64,000 nt of DNA from Octopus vulgaris (lineage: Eukaryota). Shown piece by piece: positions 54,213-64,000 of this stretch; position 1 is the first letter of the stretch, and the number at the start of each line of letters is the position of its first letter. The notes below the pieces were generated by a model. The model made no database searches. It had not been told where the DNA came from and saw nothing but the letters and a program-made list of their open reading frames with translations. The stretch is from assembly GCA_951406725.2 (NCBI GenBank), contig OX597821.1, positions 64,418,001-64,482,000 on the forward strand, given 5' to 3'. Position numbers and translations under genes: made by a program.

Positions 54213-54405
54213 GTATCGTATATGGATGTGATCTTTCATTGTTTTTCCCTTATACCTATGTGAGTTATTTTTCTGAGTATGCATTGTCTGGAGACTTTTA
54301 TTTGCAGTTGAAGAAATAGCCAAATTTTTGGCTGCTATTTCTGAAAAGTTCGTGTGTGGTAAAGTGAATTCTTTTATTCTTTTACCATATTTTTATAAAT
54401 TAATA

Positions 54406-54830
<425 letters not shown>

Positions 54831-55524
54831 ACACTTATAGACGCCGACACACGCATATATATATATATATGCGTGTGTCGGCGTCTACATATGTGTATAT
54901 GCATATACATATAAATATATGTACATATGTATATGTATGTATGAATAAGCACACACACACACACAACCACACACAAATATGATGTATATCACTGAGCTCT
55001 TCTCTCTCTTATTCACTTTCTCTGAATGTATGTATGTATCTATGTTTCTATGTATGTATGCGTATCTATGTATCTATGTATCTATGTATGTACAGATGCC
55101 CGGGCATGGATGTTAAGTTTGTAAGTACAAGACTATTTTGGGTTCAGCCTCACTGCTGTCACCCTTGGCAACTGGCTTCTACTTTAGTTGCGAACTGACC
55201 GGTGCGCTTTAAATAATTTTGGCTGACGGAAAATATGCGGATGCCTCTCGAATATTTCAGCATTGAAAAGATTGAACATGTTATCCTAATATATCGTTCT
55301 GCTCTTGTACGTATTTCATCTCACGTCCATAAGAAGATAGGAAACATTGATTTTAGTATTTTCAAACGTAGTGCAGCGAAAAACAGATGGCCTCCAAATC
55401 GCTGAATTCGATTCATTAAGGATACCCACGATCCGGTGATATTGTACACATACACTATACACTCCCACACACATACACACACAGGTAGGCATGCACGCAC
55501 ATACTCATAGAGGAAGATAAATAA

Positions 55525-55587
<63 letters not shown>

Positions 55588-56841
55588 TAAGGAAAGATAG
55601 ATAAGTAGATAAACACATATGGACCTAAACAAGACGATTTCAATTCATTTACACTTGTTACTTGAATGCTCATAGAGCTCCACTATATGGCACAGTTTTC
55701 AGTAATAAGAATTTATGCTTGAGTGAACTAAAATTAAACAAATGCCGAGAAAGGACTTCAGAATAAAAAATGTAGAGAAAATGATAAATATGTAAGTCGC
55801 ATTACCTCACTCAGTATTTAAATGTTTTGATGAGTACACATCTCAGTAGCTGCTGTTGAATTAAAGATAGTTTAAACAAGCTATATATATATATATATAT
55901 ATAATTTTCTGACATGAAAGGGTGCTATGTAAATTTAAGTGACAGAAGGGCAAAGCTGTAACAATAATACTAATAAATAACTTATATAATATATACTCAG
56001 GCTTTCACACTTTTTATTATTTATTAGTATCTCCCTAGCAGGAAGGATCGGGTTTCCATAAATGAAAAGAAATGCTTATTAACTGGAATTTGTGTAACAT
56101 CAACGATAATAATTATAGTTAGTACTTAAAAAAATCTGTCATGTAATAGCCAATCTTCTGATAGACCCTTATCTGTAAAGTTAGTTTAAATGCTTTTCTG
56201 TGTTTTATTTTTTTAAATACTTGCTTTTCCAGATTTTTGCTTAAACACACAACCAAGTATTCCAATGCATGTATCTATACATATGTAATTTGGTTTGTGT
56301 GGAAGTTTGTGTGAGGGTTATGCATATATATTCATGCATTTGTATACATACACACGCACGCACATATAAGGATATGTGTGTTTGAGTATGCGTATGTGCG
56401 CGAAAAAGCTAGGCCTAGTCTTAAGGGTGCTGGGCTTTCAATTATAAAGCCGTGGGTTCGATTCTTGAAACATGCCTTGCATTCGTTCTTTTAGAAAGTC
56501 GCAACATTTCACGTTGCTCTAGGTGGCTCAGATGAAATAAATAACTGCCGATTGCTTACGAAGTTGATGTAAGATTATTGAATCGACAATATTTGGCGGG
56601 TACTTTATACCTAGCGAGTTGGTAACTAACAAGAGTTGATTTACAAATACATACATATGCACGCGAAAACACAAACACACACACATACAGAAACAGAGGC
56701 ACACACACGTTCATACACGCCGGCACACACATAAACACGCACAGACACAAAAATTGAGATGTAACTAGAAAAATAAACATGTCTACATCTTCCTGTCATT
56801 CTTTTTTTTTCTCTCTCTCTCTTCACTCGCTATATATATAC

Positions 56842-56903
<62 letters not shown>

Positions 56904-56926
56904 GTATATGTATATATATATGTATG

Positions 56927-56983
<57 letters not shown>

Positions 56984-57019
56984 ATATTTCGGAATGGTCA
57001 TATATATATATATATATAT

Positions 57020-57250
57020 TTTCTTTACTACCCACAAGGGGCTAAACACAGAGGGGACAAACAAGGACAGACAAAGGGATTAAGTCGACTACATCGACCC
57101 CAGTGCGTAACTGGTACTTAATTTATCGACCCCGAAAGGATGAAAGGCAAAGTCGACCTCGGCGGAATTTGAACTCGGAACGTAACGACAGACGAAATAC
57201 GGCTACGAATTTCGCCCGGCGTGCTAACGTTTCTACCAGCTCGCCGCCTT
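57020..57250 (-). mobile_element. SINE family B, full-length young copy
   Basis: Minus-strand GGCGGCGAGCTGGTAGAAACGTTAGC head and GCCTTTCATCCTTTCGGGGTCGATAAATTAAGTACC (Nin/Deu-like) domain. Confidence 0.85.
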
Positions 57251-58789
57251 AATATATATATATATATATACACACACAAATACAAACACACATACATATA
57301 TGTAAGTATATTCGTATCTATCTGCCTGTCTATCAATCTGGCTAACTCTCTATAAACACACACACAAACATACACGCTCAAAATCTTACAAAATCTCTCT
57401 TAAATACATATCAAAATACACCTACATACATATATAAGTGCATACTTGAAGAACTAGTTTTATAAGTTTTCTTTGAAGACATGAATAGATATATGCGATA
57501 TATTCACAGATGTAGATATAATCTTATTAACTGTCATAAAAGACTAAATAAAAAAGCAGGCTTTATAACAATAATCAGAGAGACAGCAGTTTTTAGAATA
57601 AGATAAAAAACGGCTACATGAAAGTATGTACATATTTGATGTCTAGAAAGCTCATATTCTTAAGAATCTCTTTTCTTTTGTAATTGTAGGCCATGGAAAT
57701 ACCATTAAGAAACAAATAATAGCTTTATGAATGTTGTTATAGAGGACTGGCAGAATGTTTTAAGGTATGATATAGGCTGTCTCTCGGTATTTGTTCCAGC
57801 TATGTTCAGTCCTTCCCTAGTTCAAATCTCGCCGAGGGGCAACATTAACTTTCATCCTTTTCGACGTCGGGAAAATAAAATAACATCAATCTAGGCCGGT
57901 GGAGTGGAGGAATTTTCAGGAACCTCGGACATAATGGGCCTTGGTTTTTGTCATAGCTTTTAGTTTTCTGCCGACGACGACTGTGACAACATGGGAGTCA
58001 AGTTGTATCAACATTTGCCTTATCATTATGTAATTTCATAGGCATGGAGAAAGGAAGTCAACCTCGGCGGAAAATTTGAAAGACGGGCGAAATGCCGTTA
58101 GCCATTTTGTCCGGTTTGCTAACTAATCTGCCCGCTCGCCGCCATAATTGTTATCATAATATTGAAAATTATCCGCCTGTAGATATTTACACGGCAAGGC
58201 ATCCCGACGGGTGCCACTCTATAATTATCATAGTATAATATATGTAATGTGATACATGGTCAATCGTATTCATGGCTACGTGATTATAACGTTTGCTTCA
58301 CAACTGTGTGTGTCTGTGTGTGATTCCACCGTGCGGAGCGTTACGAAAGTCTCTTCTTCTTGAACCTTGGGTGTACTACTACAGCTTAGGACAAATAGGT
58401 AAAACAGAAAGCATGAACAACTTCTGCCAGAAACTATGAACAACTTCATACACCGTTACGAAACCTAGTTTCATTACATTTCATATAATACTGTCAACGC
58501 TCTCAGCAGTTTACCACCTTCACTATTTTCGATAACATTTATCATAATTCATGGTCACGGTTGGAATGTCTTTGATCATCGACCTATTATGTCAAAGTTG
58601 ATCCAAGAGCAAAGGACAACGAGACGACGGTCTGGAAACAGGTTTTGAAACTGAATTCAAATTCATAACAAAAGAAACGTATACTGACAAGCGTAAAACT
58701 TTTCTTTTCTAAATATTATATAAATTAACAGCATTATTTCTATTTTATTTTCTAGCAGATCAATATTTCCTGTTTATATACTTGCGAAA

Positions 58790-58841
<52 letters not shown>

Positions 58842-58908
58842 TTGGCCCTCGTAAAATGGACGTTCCTGTTTTGGTAGTTTTATTATTAAGTTTTACAAGC
58901 CTAAATGA

Positions 58909-58911
<3 letters not shown>

Positions 58912-58962
<51 letters not shown>
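58912..58962. repeat. (TAA)n microsatellite
   Basis: Read directly. Confidence 0.95.
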
Positions 58963-58963
<1 letters not shown>

Positions 58964-59867
58964 TACCATTATCATTATTGTTATTATAAAAATTGTGAAA
59001 TAATCCGCAAGTACCTAAGGGCTTCCAGCCGACGCTGAAGGAAATGAGCAGTAAATAACATGAACTTTACACTTGGATGTTGCACTGTAATCCATGATTG
59101 GCATATTTACAGCTAATCTGTAACATGCATGACATCTGTCAGAAGACAAGCTAAAAGCAGGTCAAATTTCCATGTACGAGACAACATGTGTTAATGTCAG
59201 TCTTCGGTCGATATAACTACGAAATATAATCATCAAATATAAAGTCTTTGTATCAATTAAGCAATCACAGCGTTCAAAACATGATTCTTTCACCAAATAA
59301 TTTCTCTATATCCTTATCGATAGAACAGCATTTTCGTTTTTTTTTTCTTTTGTTATTACTCTTTAGCCCCAGGTTAGTTCAGTTCGAGTAAACCTATGAG
59401 TAAAAGCATTCTGTTAGGATCGTGTTTTTTTTTTCTCCTTCAGGCATAGTTTTCATCGAGGTCAACATTTTCCTGTGTGTCCACCATTTTTAAAACCACA
59501 GGCTATATTCGGAAAATTTACCTGTTGTTCTGTCAACACCGATCAAGACAACGCTTTTCAGCCGTAGCCACGCCGTCGTTATAAAAATATAGACGACAAC
59601 ATTTTCTAATGTGTCTCTTTATATAATCGGGCAGGGCTTTGATGAAGGGAGATTTGGCAGCTAGTTCGAGTTGTTGAAGCAACCACATTTGCTATGAATA
59701 ACAGGTCTAGGCCCTATCGTTGACTTGTCTGAACCCAGAGTAAGAAAATCAGTTGGACGGTTTCTCGATTGAGTTTTCCATCCCTTTGATCACATACAGT
59801 ACACATTCGACATTGTCTCTTTTATTTGCCTCTTGAAAACCGAAAAAGAAAAAAAAAACGAGCGATG

Positions 59868-59918
<51 letters not shown>

Positions 59919-60718
59919 CTCAGTAAGGGTAATCTTGGGCTGAAGAAACTGCAACGAATGTCTCATCATTACCTAAAAGAGTGATTACATATATACTTCA
60001 TTGGTATGTAATGTACACCATAAGGCTGATGAAATACATATTTTTAGTATATAAAATATACTAAATACACAAATGTACTGTTACATAAGAAGTAGAAACG
60101 TTTCGATATGCTGTGATTATACATAAGATCGAGACAAATTTTCCCTCTAAGGTGTATAAAGCCTAAAAAGCAACAAAGAAGGGAGATAATAATGTCAGTT
60201 AGACTAAGCAATGTTTCAAGAAACATAATTCAGTCTATATCGTCCATATTTTCTCAAAATTTTGCTCCACTGATATTTATGTTGATATTACTGCTTGTTG
60301 ATTATAGATCCTAAAAGCCTCAAGAGAAAGTTCTTGTTTCCTTATCTATTACATGCTCGGATAACATCGGTTAAACAACATTTTCCAACTCAATATTTTT
60401 ACGTATGTGAGGCCACATCGTATATGTATTTCTCGTGATTTGTTTACGGACACAGCGATTAGCAAATGTTTGTTGATAACTGAATTTTTTGAAATCTGCT
60501 CTGTTGAAGAGTGGTAAGTTTTCTGCCTGAAAAAATCACTTGCAATATAGCTTGACATCCCTGCATCTCTCCTTTCAAACAGCTCTTAAAATATAAATTG
60601 TGGGTAAGAGAAAATGTAGAGTAATTGAAAATACCTAATAGATTTTTGTTATGCAAAATTACACCCGAAGTTCAATCCGCCATGATATGTGTGATCTTCC
60701 TGTCGCAAAGCGGGAGAC

Positions 60719-60804
<86 letters not shown>

Positions 60805-61179
60805 GGATGGATAGAGAGAAAGAGAGAGATAGAGCGGGGGTGCAGAAATGTGATTCAACAGAATCCCTATAAATAGATGAACAGGGTGCCTATAACTTAT
60901 AGTTTCAAACTATTTAGAGATGAGCCAAGTCTTTGGAAACTGTAATGTAGAATCTTAACTAAGGGGTAATCATAGTGGTTCATAATATCCTCGACTTAAC
61001 GATATAACTGAAGAAAATACGGTTTTTCTTTTACACATGAAATATCTTGAATCATACGCCTCTTCGATTTGTGCTGAGCCGAAGCCAAACAACTACATAT
61101 CAGCAATAGGGATTGAGTCAATCGTTTATATAATTTCCAGTTAATACGAATGGTTCATTATTAGTATTAGAATTCGATC

Positions 61180-61692
61180 AAGGCGGCAAGATGCCAGAAA
61201 CGTTAGCAGGCCGGACGAAATGCTTAGCGGTATTTCGTCTGCCGTTACGATCTCAGTTCAAATTCCGCCGAGGTCAACTTTTCCTTTCATCCTTTCAGGG
61301 TCGATAAATTAAGTACCAGTTACGCACTGGGGTCGATGTAATCGACTTAATCCGTTTGTCTGTCTTTGCTTGTCCTCTCTGTGTTTAGCCCCTTGTGGGT
61401 AGTAAAGAAATAGGTATTTCATCTGCCGCTACGTTCTGAGTTCAAATTCTACTGAGGTCGACTTTGACTTTCATCCTTTCGGATTCGATAAATTAAGTAC
61501 CAGTTTCGTACTGGGTTGATCGAATCGACTGCCCCCTCCCTCAAAATTTCGGGCCTTGTGCCTAGGGTAGAAATGAATATTTTACCTTTCATCCTTTCGG
61601 GATCGATAAATTAAACATTGGGGCCGAGCTAATCGACTGGCCTCCTCCACAAACATTTCGAGCCTTGTGCCTAGATTAGGAAAGAACATTAG
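61180..61692 (+). mobile_element. Multimeric SINE family B (three body units)
   Basis: TTTCATCCTTTC.G..TCGATAAATTAA occurs three times after one head. Confidence 0.8.
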
Positions 61693-62089
61693 AATTGAAT
61701 CTTTTTATTTTTTTTATCTTTTACTTATTTCAGTCGGACTGCAGTCATATTGGGGATATTGCCATGAAGGATTTAGTCGAACAGATCGACCTCAGTACAT
61801 TTTGTTCTTGTTTTTCTTTTTTGAACTGGATATTTATTGTATTGGCGTCTTTAGATACCGGGGACGTAAACAATCCAACAGTGTTTGTCAAACGGTGGCG
61901 GGGGACAAGTAGAAACACAAAGACACACACACACACACATAGAGTCATTCACACATACGACAGACGCTCCTTGATTCTCGAGTATGAGATGACGATGCCG
62001 TGCCTGGGCATTATCCTTTTTAAAAGTGATATGAAGCCTAGCACTTAACCAATTCCACTATGGAAAACTATAACAGAAATCCCGAAAAA

Positions 62090-62420
62090 AGACCGAGTCA
62101 ACATTATTGGTCACCATCGAGTCTCATGTTTTACATTGGAAATTTCCTTCTAGAATAATGCCCCCAACAGGGACTAAATGTCGTTAATTCTCAGTAATGT
62201 GGTACATCATGTCTACATTCTCATGGTCATGGCTTTCTGCTGGCTGAACATGTTGCACTTGCCCATCGTTGAAATCGTGTCAATCCTCTGCTCAGCCACA
62301 CTGTCTTCTCCACCAAATTCACTAGCTAGTTCATGATTGCTACAGGAACTATCGATTTCCATGGAAAATAGCAAGACCAAAGTTGTATACACAGTATTGG
62401 ATGACCGTTGTCCTCAAACA
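62090..62420 (-). pseudogene. Possible highly decayed mariner transposase N-terminus
   Basis: Weak minus-strand similarity (QR...CIQL.. and DHENVDMMYHITEN*RHL, resembling TDENVxxVxxLIxxDRRL). Confidence 0.3.
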
Positions 62421-62448
62421 GTTTTGACCCATATATATATATATATAT

Positions 62449-62752
62449 CACGTGATCACGTGATCACGTGACCGACCAGACCATCAGATGTTGTTACACA
62501 TCGCTGGTCACAATGCGTTTGCATTGTTTTAGCCTTCGAATGACGCCACTCCGCTGGCTAAGCGAGCAGGCCAACAGAAGAAAGAGTGGGAGAAAGAGTG
62601 GTGAACGAGTACAGCAGGGATCACCACCCCCTGCCGGAGCCTCGTGGAGCTTTTAAATGTTTTCGCTCAATAAACACACACAACGCCCGGTCTGGGAATC
62701 GAAACCGCGATCCTGCGACCGCGAGTCCGCTGCCCTAACCACTAGGCCTCCA
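62449..62752 (-). mobile_element. SINE, family D head with (CACGTGAT)n tail
   Basis: 62570-62752 matches 38440-38617; the tail matches 24990-25078. Confidence 0.75.
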
Positions 62753-62774
62753 CTCACACACACACACGCACATA

Positions 62775-62845
<71 letters not shown>

Positions 62846-62934
62846 TTTGTATGATTGTGTATAGATGAATATATTAATCAATGTTATTCTAACTTAAATT
62901 GATTTTTCATGGTTTATTATTTACAATATTTGCT

Positions 62935-63291
62935 CACATGGTTCCGAGTCCAGTCCCACTGCGTGGCACCTTCGGCAGGTGTCTTCTACTATAGCCTCGA
63001 GCCGACCAAAGCTTGTGAGTGGATTTGGTAGACGAAAACTGAAAGAAGCCCCTCGTATATAATTATATATATATACATATGTGTGTGTGTGTGTTTGTCC
63101 CCCCCCGACATCGCTTGACAACCGATGCTGGCGTTTATGTCCCCGTAACTTAGCGGTTCTGCAAAAGAGACCGATAGAATAAGTACTAGGCTTACAAAAA
63201 ATAAGTCCTGAGGTCGATTTGCTCGACTAAAGGCGGTGCTCAAGCATGGCCTCCGTCAAATGACTGAAACAAATAAAAGAGTAAAAGAGTA
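62935..63291 (+). mobile_element. SINE family A, 5'-truncated; further partial copies at about 61715-61945(-) and 63555-63705(-)
   Basis: Family match. Confidence 0.85.
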
Positions 63292-63506
63292 GAACTTCCA
63301 TATTTTACGAAACCATCAGGTTTACGTAGTGACAGTCATGTTCCACAATGGGTAACTGTTTGTCAGATGTGGAACACGACTGTCAATACATAACCTTTAT
63401 GATTGCGTAAACCATGAAAATACTAGTTTATTTCAATATTGTAAAAAACATCGTAAAAATTGTAAATAATAAAACCTGAAAGTGAGAATAAGTTGGACTA
63501 TCATTA

Positions 63507-63553
<47 letters not shown>

Positions 63554-63780
63554 CGTGACAGATTTCTTCAGCTTTCCGGTTCTAAATCCGTTCATATGGA
63601 TTTGGTCGGTCCAGGGATATATTAGTAGACAATTGCCAAAGTTGCTGCGCACCGGGATTGAACCAAGAACATATAGTTGGGTAGCAAGCTTCTTAACCAC
63701 ATCACGATTCCTGGATATCTTAGAAACAAAATCCAAGAACAGCTTCTGATCTTTAACTGCAATATTTTTATTTCATTTCA

Positions 63781-64000
63781 AGCGGCGAGTTGGCCGAATC
63801 GAATCGTTAGCAGACCAGGCAAAATGCTTAGCGGTATTTCATGTCTTTACGTTCTGAGTTCACATTCCGCCGAGGTCGACTTTGCCTTTCATCCTTTCGG
63901 GGTCGATAAATTAAGTACCAGTTACGCACAGGGGGTCGATGTAATCGACTTAATACCTATGTCTGTCCTTGTTTGTCCCCTCTGTGTTTAGCCCCTTGTG
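63781..64000 (+). mobile_element. SINE family B, runs off the window end
   Basis: Family match to 57020-57250. Confidence 0.85.

Noticed and set aside
60025-60105. CTGATGA...GAAACGTT motif (similar degenerate motif near 43835-43870)
   Set aside because: Stem I does not pair, so it is at best a decayed relic.
60375-60535. Possible minus-strand exon after TTTTTTCAG (AENLPLFNRADFKKFSYQQTF...)
   Set aside because: No recognisable homology, and such acceptors are common by chance; RNA-seq would be needed.

Overview
AT-rich, microsatellite-saturated animal intergenic or intronic DNA. The SINE families and the (TA)n/(TACA)n/(TATC)n density suggest an octopus genome (inference). I recognise no host protein-coding exon, and almost every ORF in the track is a translated microsatellite or SINE. 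The window is a mosaic of mobile elements: dozens of tRNA-derived SINEs in about four families; a young 5'-truncated Tx1/L1-like LINE with an open ORF (50392-51894) inside (TATC)n; decayed R4/Dong and CRE LINEs; a Penelope-like GIY-YIG fragment; Tc1/mariner, pogo and hAT derivatives; and a non-autonomous Helitron. The most interesting signal is about a dozen type I hammerhead-ribozyme-like motifs in Penelope pseudo-LTR or retrozyme-like elements. Different families carry different Watson-Crick-compatible 3:8 core pairs (C3:G8, U3:A8, G3:C8), and four elements hold their motifs in outward-facing inverted repeats. All alignments and folds were done by eye, so element boundaries are approximate.
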